From Gemmatimonadota bacterium (GTDB taxonomy: Bacteria; Gemmatimonadota; Gemmatimonadetes; Gemmatimonadales; GWC2-71-9), in the NCBI GenBank assembly GCA_039589395.1, contig JBDHHK010000002.1, positions 1,337 to 65,336 on the forward strand: a DNA stretch of 64,000 nucleotides, in the 5' to 3' direction. This document shows, piece by piece, positions 1 to 9,149 of the stretch. The notes under the pieces were generated by a model. It was not told the origin of the DNA, ran no database searches, and was given only the letters and a program-made list of their open reading frames with translations. Each line of letters opens with the position of its first letter. Position 1 is the first letter of the stretch. Made by a program: the position numbers and the translations under genes.

Positions 1-444
1 GGTGTTGCGGGACACGCCGGGCTCTTCAGTACCGCTCCTGATCTGGCTCGGTTCGCGCAATGGATTCTCACCACCTACCACGCTAGCGTTGACTCATCCG
101 ATATGGTGCCCATCGATCCGACAACGGTTCGTTTCTTCGTCACCAGGCAGCCGGGGCCCGAGGGCTCAACGCGGGCGCTCGGTTGGGACACTCCATCAGC
201 CGATGGAAGTTCGGCCGGAACGTTGTTGTCACGAAGAAGTTTCGGCCACACCGGCTTCACGGGCACCAGCATTTGGATCGACCCCGAGCGGGACCTGTTC
301 ATAATCCTCCTCACCAACCGCGTACATCCTACCCGCGAAAACAGCGCCATGGGATGGGTTAGGCCGCAGGTGGCTGATGCAGTTGTGAGGGCGGTAGGCG
401 GACGGGCGGACGGGCGGACGGGCGGACGGGCGGACCCAGAATAA
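1..444 (+). CDS. Serine hydrolase / beta-lactamase-family protein, C-terminal part (5' truncated by window)
   Basis: Frame 1 reads GVAGHAGLFSTAPDLARFAQ...FGHTGFTGTSIWIDPERDLFIILLTNRVHP, typical AmpC-like esterase C-terminus. Confidence 0.85.
   Translation, partial: GVAGHAGLFSTAPDLARFAQWILTTYHASVDSSDMVPIDPTTVRFFVTRQPGPEGSTRALGWDTPSADGSSAGTLLSRRSFGHTGFTGTSIWIDPERDLFIILLTNRVHPTRENSAMGWVRPQVADAVVRAVGGRADGRTGGRADPE
389..435 (+). repeat. Octamer tandem repeat (GGCGGACG) x~5 in the last codons of the serine hydrolase
   Basis: Copies at 397, 405, 413, 421, 429 (last one partial), degenerate copy at ~389. Confidence 0.9.
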
Positions 445-624
445 CCTACCGCCCTTCCGCCGGGTAGTGGGGTGCTGGGTTGGGTACCGCCGTGCGGGGA
501 TGTGCGGTGTGGGGTACCGCCCACTGGTGCTCGGAAGTCGTTTCACAGCAAGGCGTTATGTCGCCACAACGTTGACAGCCGAACCTGTGCCTCCTATGTT
601 GCATCGCTTGAACGGAGGAAAAGC

Positions 625-993
625 GTGAGCACCACTCAGAAACCTGAGACAGTCGCAAGCATCGCACTCACCGATTCTGCGATCGATCAGGTCAGACAAT
701 TCATGGTGCAGGAAAAGGTTGCAATCGACACGGCAGGTTTGCGCGTGTCAGCCACGCCGGGCGGCTGCTCGGGATTCAGATACTGGCTTAACATCGAAGA
801 ACACGCCCTCCCCGACGATCATGTCGTTGAACAAGACGGGCTCCGCGTCTTCCTAGATGCATCGAGTGCCAGACATCTGAGTGGAGCCGAAATCGACTTC
901 ATTTCGACTGTCGATGCCTCAGGCTTCAAAATTCAGAACCCGAACGAACTGAGCGACTGCGGCTGCGATTGCAGCGAAGAATGTCCTGCCTGA
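625..993 (+). CDS. HesB/IscA/ErpA family Fe-S cluster carrier
   Basis: GTG start after GGAGG; LTDSA..., GLRV...GGCSGF, F.I.NPN...CGC motifs. Confidence 0.85.
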   Translation: MSTTQKPETVASIALTDSAIDQVRQFMVQEKVAIDTAGLRVSATPGGCSGFRYWLNIEEHALPDDHVVEQDGLRVFLDASSARHLSGAEIDFISTVDASGFKIQNPNELSDCGCDCSEECPA

Positions 994-1020
994 CCACCTC
1001 CAACAGTTACGTGGGTAACG

Positions 1021-1047
1021 AGGGGCCTGCCGTTTCAGCAGGCCCCT
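1021..1047 (+). terminator. GC-rich hairpin, possible terminator after IscA-like gene
   Basis: aggggcctgc-cgtttca-gcaggcccct inverted repeat; weak U tract. Confidence 0.5.
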
Positions 1048-1072
1048 TGGCACATCCTTTTCGGTCTTTAAA

Positions 1073-2509
1073 GTGACTGGAATAGACCTGGTTGTGATGG
1101 CTGCCTATTTCGCGGCGGTCCTGGCCATCGGTGGCTATTTCACGCGCGAGCAGAAGGACGCCGCTGACTACTTCTTGGGCGGCCACTCGTTGCCATGGTG
1201 GGTGGTAATGCTCTCCATCGTTGCTACGGAGACATCGGCGCTAACCGTCATATCGATTCCCGGCGTCGGCGCGCGTGGAGACCTGACCTTTCTTCAACTC
1301 CCCTTGGGCTACTTGATAGGACGAGTCGGTGTGTCGATCTGGCTCTTGCCGGGCTACTTCCGTGGTGAGCAAGAAACAGCATACGCACGGCTCGAGTCGC
1401 GTTTCGGCGCATCGACACGGAAATCCGCCTCGGCCGTGTTCATGTGCATCAGAGCGCTCGGAGACAGTGTCCGCGTCTTCGCAACGGCCATCCCTCTCCA
1501 CATCGTTACCGACCTGTCGATCTTTTGGTGTGTAATTATCGTCGCAGCGGCGACCTTGACGTACACATGGGCGGGCGGCATTAAGGCGGTGATTTGGGTA
1601 GATGCCATGCAGATGGCCCTCTACGTGATCGCCGGATTCGCGGCAATCGTGGTAGCGGCGAAACTCGCCGGAGGGTTCGGCACAACTCTCAGTTCGGCGT
1701 TTGCCGAAGGCAAGCTCAGGGCGATTGACTGGCAGTTTTCGTTTTCCCAGACCTATACCTTTGCCGGCGGAGTTTTTGGCGGTGCGCTGTTATCGGCCGC
1801 CTCTCACGGTACGGACCATCTGATCGTACAGCGTTTGCTGGCAACCCGGGCTCTAGGAGAAGCGCGCAAGGCACTTGTCGGTTCGGGCATCTTGGTGATC
1901 GTTCAATTCGCGATATTTCTACTCGTCGGAACGTTCCTTTGGGCAGCCGGCGCCGATGATGGCACGTTGGCAGGAGACGAGATCTTCGCGTCGTTCGTAG
2001 TAGATCGCCTGCCGGTGGGCCTTTCCGGGCTGGTGATTGCCGGAATATTTGCTGCAGCCATGAGTACGGTCAGTTCGTCGTTGAATTCACTCGCCTCCGC
2101 CGCGACACATGATTTCTATGCGCCTCTGACCGGCCGTACCGATGCGCGTCATCTTTTGAGAGTTGGGCGGTGGGCGACGCTGGGATGGGCGCTGGTTCTC
2201 GTAGGCGGTGCGCTTTCGTTTGGGTCGCCAGATCAGCCAGTGGTGGAACTTGCACTGTCCATCACCTCGATCACCTACGGAGGTTTGCTCGGCGTCTTCA
2301 TCCTTGGCGAACTATCTGGCCGTGTACGGCAGCTGGATGCGATTACCGCCATAGCCGTGGCAACACTCACGATGCTGGTAGTCGTGTTTGGCAAACCCGG
2401 TCCATTCGCGAGTTTGGCATGGCCGTGGTACGTACCGATGGGGACATTGATCGCGGTGGGCACCGGTATACTCAGTTCTAGAATCGTCCGAGGAGAAAGT
2501 CGAGCTTGA
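1073..2509 (+). CDS. Sodium:solute symporter (SSS), probably amino-sugar uptake
   Basis: DYFLGG..LPWW..SIVATETS, AAAMSTVSSSLNS motifs; many TM segments; coupled to sugar kinase. Confidence 0.9.
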   Translation: MTGIDLVVMAAYFAAVLAIGGYFTREQKDAADYFLGGHSLPWWVVMLSIVATETSALTVISIPGVGARGDLTFLQLPLGYLIGRVGVSIWLLPGYFRGEQETAYARLESRFGASTRKSASAVFMCIRALGDSVRVFATAIPLHIVTDLSIFWCVIIVAAATLTYTWAGGIKAVIWVDAMQMALYVIAGFAAIVVAAKLAGGFGTTLSSAFAEGKLRAIDWQFSFSQTYTFAGGVFGGALLSAASHGTDHLIVQRLLATRALGEARKALVGSGILVIVQFAIFLLVGTFLWAAGADDGTLAGDEIFASFVVDRLPVGLSGLVIAGIFAAAMSTVSSSLNSLASAATHDFYAPLTGRTDARHLLRVGRWATLGWALVLVGGALSFGSPDQPVVELALSITSITYGGLLGVFILGELSGRVRQLDAITAIAVATLTMLVVVFGKPGPFASLAWPWYVPMGTLIAVGTGILSSRIVRGESRA

Positions 2510-3417
2510 GCTGGCTGATCGGTGCTGACGTCGGTGCTTCCCATATCGAAGCCGCAATAGCAGAGGTGGATGCGCACCCAAAAAGCCGCGTCCGCCGAGC
2601 CGGCACCATCGTCAAACCTGGACGAATCGAACAGGCGGCAGAAACAATTGCAGCGACTATCGGCGTGCTGACCCAGGACATCGGGGTTGCCGGAGCTCCG
2701 GACTGTCTCGTCGTTGGAGCAGCAGGCACGCACACGGAGGTTCTGAGCTCTGACTTGGGAGAGTCCCTCCGCGGCTTCTTTGCTGACACTCAGATCCACA
2801 TTACCACCGACGGCGCGATAGCCCTCGAGGCAGCATTTGGCGACAGACCCGGCATAGTAGTGAGCGCTGGCTCGGGGTCAATCGCGTACGCGAGAACTCC
2901 GGGCAAAGATATTCGACGAGTGGGCGGATTGGGCCCCGAATTGGCAGACGAGGGCAGTGGCTATGCCATTGGGCGGGCTGGTCTTCGGGCCGCCGCTCGC
3001 GCAGCGGACGGCCGCCCTCCGAACACCACTCTAGCCAATTCGATCCAGATAGCCGTCGGTGTAACGAACCTGGACGAGTTGGTTGACTGGGCGTGGGAAG
3101 CGGATCGCCCAGCAGTTGCGAGACTGGCGGAGACGGTATGTAGCGATGCAATGGCCGGGGACGAGACGGCGCAGACAATCGTCAGATCAGCGGCAAACGA
3201 TCTCGGTGCACTCGTTCTCTCGCTGGCAGCACACTTCGGCGAAGGTTCGAGCATAGACGTAGCATTCAGCGGAGGAGTACTCGATCCGGAGTCGCCCGTA
3301 AAATACGAGCTGATCGGTAGACTCAGAGAAAGGCTCCCGGCCGCAAAAGTTCTCGAAATGACGGTCGATCCGGTGTTGGGCGCTCTCTCAATGGCGAGCC
3401 GACTGACTCGGGATTAG
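2506..3417 (+). CDS. BadF/BadG/BcrA/BcrD family N-acetylglucosamine/MurNAc kinase
   Basis: IGADVGAS, AGSGSIA, RVGGLG..LADEGSGY.IG, FSGGV motifs. Confidence 0.85.
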   Translation: MSWLIGADVGASHIEAAIAEVDAHPKSRVRRAGTIVKPGRIEQAAETIAATIGVLTQDIGVAGAPDCLVVGAAGTHTEVLSSDLGESLRGFFADTQIHITTDGAIALEAAFGDRPGIVVSAGSGSIAYARTPGKDIRRVGGLGPELADEGSGYAIGRAGLRAAARAADGRPPNTTLANSIQIAVGVTNLDELVDWAWEADRPAVARLAETVCSDAMAGDETAQTIVRSAANDLGALVLSLAAHFGEGSSIDVAFSGGVLDPESPVKYELIGRLRERLPAAKVLEMTVDPVLGALSMASRLTRD

Positions 3418-3420
3418 GAT

Positions 3421-3440
3421 CTAGGTGTGCTAGCGCCTAG
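3421..3440. terminator. Hairpin between convergent genes
   Basis: ctaggtgtgctagcgcctag imperfect palindrome. Confidence 0.35.
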
Positions 3441-4205
3441 CTACGGAGTGATCCAAGCGTCGAAGTAGGATGCAATCGGATTGCCATTTGCGTCTAGTGC
3501 GGGATAAAACCTGAATTGTCGCATCCTATCCCGAAACTCCCGCCTGTATGACGCATCGGGAATGCTCGGCTCAACCTCAATACGAGTGACCCGACCTCGT
3601 TCATCGATCCAGAATCGGACCTTGAACTCCTGGCCCTTGACGGACGACGGAGCCTCAGGCGGCAGCAACATCTGGCGCGATCGTGGTGCGTACGCGTCCC
3701 CCCCCGCCCCACCGGTTCCCGGCCCCGCACCGCTGCCAACTCCAGTACCCTGTCCAGATCCCACTCCGCCCCCACTGCCAGTGCCTGCCCCATCTCCACC
3801 CCCAGTGCCGGGCCCGCGGCCAATAGCCTGAGCGGGAATCACTTGCCCGGTGGGTCGAGTTGTGCGAATCTGCCGGGTTTCGGTCGGGATCTCCTTGAGG
3901 GCAGGCCTGGGAATCGGAAGTTCGACTGCTCGCGTCCGGGTGTCCTCGGTCCGCGCCGGACTGGAGTACGTCACGTACGGCTGCAGCTCCACATACCTCA
4001 CTTCGGACCCGCCGCCACCGCCCCCACCACCCGCTGGTCCAAGTCCACCCGCCGCACGGAATTCCCCTTCGGCTACCTGTCTACCAGTCCAGACAGCGAA
4101 AAGTACCAGCAGGCCGTGAAAGGCCAACGAGGTCACCGTACCGCCAAGCGCAGATTGGCGAGTCCTGGGAAGACGTAGCTCAGGTACTTGGGGCTGGCGA
4201 GACAT
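3441..4205 (-). CDS. Gly-rich TonB-like membrane protein (N-terminal TM, divergent TonB C-terminal domain)
   Basis: SLAFHGLL TM with TonB-type His, polyGly and GxG linkers, C-terminal VRFWIDERGRV...FRFYPA; last gene of ton cluster. Confidence 0.65.
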   Translation of the reverse strand: MSRQPQVPELRLPRTRQSALGGTVTSLAFHGLLVLFAVWTGRQVAEGEFRAAGGLGPAGGGGGGGGSEVRYVELQPYVTYSSPARTEDTRTRAVELPIPRPALKEIPTETRQIRTTRPTGQVIPAQAIGRGPGTGGGDGAGTGSGGGVGSGQGTGVGSGAGPGTGGAGGDAYAPRSRQMLLPPEAPSSVKGQEFKVRFWIDERGRVTRIEVEPSIPDASYRREFRDRMRQFRFYPALDANGNPIASYFDAWITP

Positions 4206-4291
4206 ACTGGTCTATAATACACCAAACGGGCGCGAGAGCCCCATTGTTTCGGCCCCCACGCCCGCTTGCTTACCTATCGGTCAATCGGACC

Positions 4292-4723
4292 TCAGCCGTC
4301 TCCTTCTGTTGCTTCTTCCCTTGGCGTGAGTCCGATGACCTGGACACCGGCACCTCTTGCGATGTCCATAACGTCCATCAGATCCTGATACACACGGTTA
4401 CGAGCCGCCTTGATAAACAAAAGCTTTGCAGGACGCTCGTCATAGATCGCGTGAAGCTCCGCATCCAGCGCTGCCCTCGAAACCGGCTCGCTGTTGATGG
4501 CGAGTGAATTGTCCGCCAACATCTCCAACACGATCTGATCGCCAGCACCTTCTTCTGACTGTTCCCTCGTCTCAACAGGAGGTACCTGCGTGTCCATAGC
4601 CTTCCGCTGAAGTGGCACCTGCATCATGAAAATGATGAGGAGCACCAGCAGAATGTCTATCATCGGTACGACATTAGGCTCGTTCTGTACTCCGCCTTCT
4701 TCTCCACCGACTGCCATACCCAT
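4292..4723 (-). CDS. exbD: ExbD/TolR family biopolymer transporter
   Basis: PNVVPMIDILLVLLIIFM TM motif with conserved Asp. Confidence 0.9.
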   Translation of the reverse strand: MGMAVGGEEGGVQNEPNVVPMIDILLVLLIIFMMQVPLQRKAMDTQVPPVETREQSEEGAGDQIVLEMLADNSLAINSEPVSRAALDAELHAIYDERPAKLLFIKAARNRVYQDLMDVMDIARGAGVQVIGLTPREEATEGDG

Positions 4724-4726
4724 GGT

Positions 4727-5236
4727 TTAGTCCCCCCCTCGTCGACTGCCCAGAGCGGCGCCCTCGCTCTGCTCTTCAGCGATATTCGCGAGCACGCGCA
4801 CGCCAGCGACCCGACAGATCTCAACTGCGTCCTGGATCGTGCCATATGGCAGTTCGTTGTGAGCTCTCATATAGAGAATCTTGTCTATCGTACGAGCCGT
4901 GTAGATCCTCGTGAGATAATCTTGAAGCACCGCCTCTTGATCGCAGGCGTCGTCTCCAAACCTGCAGATGACACCGGTTTCGCCGGTACCCGGGTCGAGA
5001 TAATAACGACCCCTCGTATCGATACCCAGTACGACGTCACCGTCTTCTTCTGCACGATTCTCAACTTCTTTGGCATACGGCATCGTTGCCTGCATACCCG
5101 CGGAGATGATTGGCGTCACGATCATGAAGATGATGAGCAACACCAGCATCACGTCGATCATAGGAACAACGTTTGGTCGATTCTCCGCGTTCGACTTTGT
5201 ACTTACTCCACCTACTTCATCAGCCTTGTCAGCCAT
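4727..5236 (-). CDS. exbD: ExbD/TolR family biopolymer transporter (second copy, with insertion)
   Basis: PNVVPMIDVMLVLLIIFMIVTP motif. Confidence 0.9.
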   Translation of the reverse strand: MADKADEVGGVSTKSNAENRPNVVPMIDVMLVLLIIFMIVTPIISAGMQATMPYAKEVENRAEEDGDVVLGIDTRGRYYLDPGTGETGVICRFGDDACDQEAVLQDYLTRIYTARTIDKILYMRAHNELPYGTIQDAVEICRVAGVRVLANIAEEQSEGAALGSRRGGD

Positions 5237-5276
5237 CGGAGCGACCTCCCTCTTTCTTAGGCGTGAAGTGGATCAC

Positions 5277-6017
5277 CTAAGCCTGTGGCTCAGTGGGGGC
5301 CGCCTGCTGTGCCTTGAACTCTTTCGTGAAGATCGAGCGACCAAACTCACTGCCGACGCTCTTGATCAGATAGTCAATGAGTTCTTTCGACGTGTATACG
5401 ATCTCAACCGTGATGTTGTCGATACGTGTCTGGAAATAGTTGTAGAGCCAGACAGCGGGAATCGCTACAGCAAGACCGAAAGCGGTGGTGATCAGCGCCT
5501 CAGCGATACCTGCCGAGATTGCACCCAATCCGCCGGAGCCCGTCAAAGCCATACCCGTGAACGCGTTCACAACACCCATCGTGGTACCCAGAAGACCCAC
5601 AAACGGAGCCGTCGCACCAACCGTCGCGAGGATTCCCATTCCGCGCTTGAGTTCGGACAACACGATCAGACTCTGACGCTCAACAGCACGCTCAGCAGAG
5701 TTGATGTCGCCAGTGGTAACAGTAGCCCTGTCTTTGAGCAGGGGCTTGACCTCGGACAATGCCTCGCCCAGCACGGTGGCGACGGATGATTTCTTCGTGT
5801 TTTCAGCAAGCTCAATCGCATCGTCCAACTGCTCCTCCTGCAGGAACCGCGCAAACTCAGGCGCGAACTTCTTAGTTGCTCTACGGCTGCGAGCAAACCG
5901 ATACCATTTTGAGGCGCCAACCGCCAGCGAAAAGACCGACATGACACCCAACAAGATGATGATGAACCGCGCAAACGCACCCGCCTCATGCCAAAGTTGT
6001 AGTAAGGATACTTCCAT
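5277..6017 (-). CDS. exbB: MotA/TolQ/ExbB proton channel protein
   Basis: LATVGATAPFVGLLGT, GIAEALITTAFGLAVAIPA motifs. Confidence 0.92.
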   Translation of the reverse strand: MEVSLLQLWHEAGAFARFIIILLGVMSVFSLAVGASKWYRFARSRRATKKFAPEFARFLQEEQLDDAIELAENTKKSSVATVLGEALSEVKPLLKDRATVTTGDINSAERAVERQSLIVLSELKRGMGILATVGATAPFVGLLGTTMGVVNAFTGMALTGSGGLGAISAGIAEALITTAFGLAVAIPAVWLYNYFQTRIDNITVEIVYTSKELIDYLIKSVGSEFGRSIFTKEFKAQQAAPTEPQA

Positions 6018-6085
6018 TTTAAAACAGGCCTCCGAGTATGGGTTGTTTTAGATCACTCGTACAACGTTCAATGAGCGATCTGGGC

Positions 6086-6787
6086 TTACAGCCCCCCGAT
6101 CAACGTGAACTGAACTGGTAACTGAATGAGGACGCGTACCGCTTGTCCGCGCACGCGACCGGGCCGGAAAATGCACCGGCGTAACAACTGCATCGCTGGT
6201 CCATCAAACGCGCGTTGTGTCGATTGAATCACTTCAACTGACTGTCGTTCGATGCGACCTGTAGTGTCCACAACTCCCTGCATCACCACCACACCCTCCA
6301 CTCCCGCCTGTTGCATCATCCGCGGATACTCTGGTGGTGGACACGAGATTCGCTCCGGCGGTTCGTCAACGACGGCTTCAGTGAACACCTGGGCGAGATC
6401 AACGGGGCCTTCTTCCTCAACGCCCTCGAAGATCCCTTCCTCAACGCCCACACCACTGAAATCGCGCGGGTCGAACTGCTGGCTCAGGTCGACTGGCGGA
6501 ATTCCAGTCGGAACTGCGATTGGCGCCGCGAGGGTCCTGAAGCCCTTCGGTGGCGGTAGGTCAAGAACTTCCGGCGGAGGAGGAGCTTCCTCTTCCGGCT
6601 GCTCCTGAATGAACACCATCTGCGTGTCCGCCACGATCTCTTCTGCTTCTTCGGGCCCACCCATCGTCGCAACAACTGCGGCATAGATGAAACCCGTGTG
6701 GATCGCGAGGGACAGTGTCGAACCTGAGAAGGCTTGTTTGAACCTCCCCTCTCTGTTCGGATTCGACTCCATCAGGTTGTCAAACAC
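6086..6787 (-). CDS. tonB: Energy transducer TonB
   Basis: GTG start after GGAGGT; SLAIH TM, Pro-rich linker, PEYP..GVEGVV...VDTTG...FRPG C-terminal domain. Confidence 0.88.
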   Translation of the reverse strand: MFDNLMESNPNREGRFKQAFSGSTLSLAIHTGFIYAAVVATMGGPEEAEEIVADTQMVFIQEQPEEEAPPPPEVLDLPPPKGFRTLAAPIAVPTGIPPVDLSQQFDPRDFSGVGVEEGIFEGVEEEGPVDLAQVFTEAVVDEPPERISCPPPEYPRMMQQAGVEGVVVMQGVVDTTGRIERQSVEVIQSTQRAFDGPAMQLLRRCIFRPGRVRGQAVRVLIQLPVQFTLIGGL

Positions 6788-7000
6788 GAGTACACCTCCG
6801 ACTTGGTATGGCGTCGTACCATCTCGCACCGGGAATGGTGCTGTAACATCTTACACCGGCGGCCGCAATCATGACTGGCAGCTCGGTGGTATAAGCATTA
6901 CAAAACGATTACAAACGAGTGACGTAGTGCTTGCGTAGGATAGGCTTCCCCCTTTTTGTGGAATGATAGCGGGGGAAAATACACGATATGTTGCTCGCCG

Positions 7001-8479
7001 CTAGACCTCGTTTTCGATCGGAAACCTAACAGTCATTGTGGTTCCCTTACCGCGTTTACTCTTCGCCTCGATAGAACCACCATGCGCCTCTGCAATCCAC
7101 TTACAGATTGCCATTCCTAGGCCGGCGCCGGAGCGTTGGCCTTTGCGACTTCTGGCTGGATCAGCTCGCCAGAACCTCTGAAACACATGCTCCAACTCTG
7201 CGATGGACATACCAACACCAGTATCGACCACTCGGATGACCAGCTGCCCGTCTTCCGTATTCGAATCTATTGTGACGTGTCCACCCGGCTGATTGTACTT
7301 GATCGCGTTTGTGAGCAAGTTCATGAGCAACTGGCGAACTCGGCTACGGTCGACGGTTACCATTTGCGAATCGGCAGGAACCTCGACCTCTACATTCACT
7401 AACGCGCCTTCCTCCAGTATACTCGCGGTCTCGGCGACCTCGCCCAATATCTCGCGAAGGTCTACAGGCTCCATGTGCAACCCTGCCCGACCCTCGTCTG
7501 TCCGAGCCAGCATAAGTAGGGAATCGACCAACTCTGTCATGCGGTTTACTTCAACCAGGGTCTCCTCGAGGACCTCCAACACGTCATCTGTCGCTTTGGG
7601 ATGAGTAATAGCACGCTCGATACCGGCGCGCAGCACCGTGAGAGGTGTTTTTAGTTCATGACTTGCATCCGCAGTGAACCTGCGCAACGCGAAGAAGCTG
7701 CTCTCGAGTCGTCCGAGCATGGCGTTCAACGTGGTCGTCAAACGCGACAGCTCGTCTCTCGTGCGAGGTACCGCCAATCTGCGGTGCAGACTTCTCCCGT
7801 CGGAAATCGCCTCAACCTCGTCAACGATCAGATCGACCGGATTGAGCGTGCGCCCGGCCAACAAGTATGCTATCCAGGTCGATGCAGCCACAACGAGCGC
7901 TGCGACTGTGATCATGACAGACAATAACCGATCCAGATGTGACCTGACTTCGGAATTCGGAACGCCAACCACCACTGCAGAGACATCCGGCGTCTCGATC
8001 GGGTTGACATAGAACCGGACCGTGCCCACCGGCCGGTCTAAGTCTGCAATACCAAAGTTCACGCCAGCATCTAGTGCGCGGCGTGCCGCCCAGGCGAAGA
8101 GGTTTTGCGTGGGCACATCGTGGGCCGCCGCACGCGCGTTAGCGAAACTCTGCACCCGCGCCGGATCCGAGCTAAGTAGCAGCACGTAGTCGGATACGCC
8201 GGCAATTGCCGCCGCGACACCCGGGTCGAGGCGGTACGCAACAGGGAAATCCGCGTCTGACGGGACTCGGGTAGTATCCACTCTGGACATCGAGTCAATC
8301 GAGAGGCGGGCTCCGCTGAGGATCGCCCCAATTAGGTCCGCCTCGATCTGCAGCCGCTCCTCAATACGTTCGCTGATCCAAGTGCGCTCGACGACATAGA
8401 CGGAGACCGCGAAGACACCAAGCGTGGCGCCCATGGCAAGGGCATACCAAGTTGCCAACCGCCCGCGGATTGTCTGCAT
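7001..8479 (-). CDS. HAMP-domain sensor histidine kinase (OmpR-type pair)
   Basis: Two TMs, HAMP, ADASHELKTPL H-box, NAIKY, DTGVG, GAGLG boxes. Confidence 0.92.
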   Translation of the reverse strand: MQTIRGRLATWYALAMGATLGVFAVSVYVVERTWISERIEERLQIEADLIGAILSGARLSIDSMSRVDTTRVPSDADFPVAYRLDPGVAAAIAGVSDYVLLLSSDPARVQSFANARAAAHDVPTQNLFAWAARRALDAGVNFGIADLDRPVGTVRFYVNPIETPDVSAVVVGVPNSEVRSHLDRLLSVMITVAALVVAASTWIAYLLAGRTLNPVDLIVDEVEAISDGRSLHRRLAVPRTRDELSRLTTTLNAMLGRLESSFFALRRFTADASHELKTPLTVLRAGIERAITHPKATDDVLEVLEETLVEVNRMTELVDSLLMLARTDEGRAGLHMEPVDLREILGEVAETASILEEGALVNVEVEVPADSQMVTVDRSRVRQLLMNLLTNAIKYNQPGGHVTIDSNTEDGQLVIRVVDTGVGMSIAELEHVFQRFWRADPARSRKGQRSGAGLGMAICKWIAEAHGGSIEAKSKRGKGTTMTVRFPIENEV

Positions 8480-8480
8480 T

Positions 8481-9149
8481 TCACGCCTTTAGTAGATACC
8501 CAACACCTCGAACGGTGTGGATCAACTTCTGCTCGAAACCCTGATCCAACTTCTTACGCAGCCTATTGATCACCACGTCCACGACGTTCGTTCCAGGATC
8601 AAAATGGTAATCCCATGCGTACTCGGTTATGAGCGTGCGCGTCATGACGCGACCATTGTTTCGAACCAGGTATTCAAGAACGGCGTATTCTTTTGGCGTG
8701 AGGTCTAGATGAGTGTCACCCCTTCGTACCTCATGAAGGTTGGTGTCGATCTCGAGATCCGCCACCTGCAGCATGGGAGAAGCCATCCCCTTGGGACGTC
8801 TACACAACGCTTCAACGCGCGCCAACAACTCCTCGAACGCAAAAGGCTTAGTCACATAATCATCAGCGCCTGTACGTAGTGCTTGCACCTTCGATTCCAC
8901 CGCATCCTGGGCGGTGAGGACAAGTACCGGTGTAGTGTCACCTCTGTCCCGCAGGGTGCGCAGCACCTCGATTCCCGACATTCCGGGGAGCCGCAAGTCG
9001 AGAACCAGTACGTCGTACTCTGAACTCGAGGCCCGCTGCAAAGCCTCCAACCCGTCATCAACCAGATCAACATGGTTCAACTGCTCCTCGAGCCCGCGTT
9101 TCACGTATTGCCCGACCGTGCGGTCGTCTTCGACCACTAGAACCTTCAT
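8481..9149 (-). CDS. OmpR/CusR family response regulator
   Basis: VVEDD, LDLRLP, GADDYVTKPF, winged helix IHTVRGVGY. Confidence 0.95.
   Translation of the reverse strand: MKVLVVEDDRTVGQYVKRGLEEQLNHVDLVDDGLEALQRASSSEYDVLVLDLRLPGMSGIEVLRTLRDRGDTTPVLVLTAQDAVESKVQALRTGADDYVTKPFAFEELLARVEALCRRPKGMASPMLQVADLEIDTNLHEVRRGDTHLDLTPKEYAVLEYLVRNNGRVMTRTLITEYAWDYHFDPGTNVVDVVINRLRKKLDQGFEQKLIHTVRGVGYLLKA

Noticed and set aside
991-1050. Selenocysteine readthrough of the IscA-like TGA
   Set aside because: All conserved Cys are ordinary codons, the TGA is at the expected protein end, and the hairpin fits a terminator
4292-6017. Myxobacterial Agl-Glt gliding machinery
   Set aside because: No Glt-like genes in the window and a canonical TonB is present; kept only as an analogy
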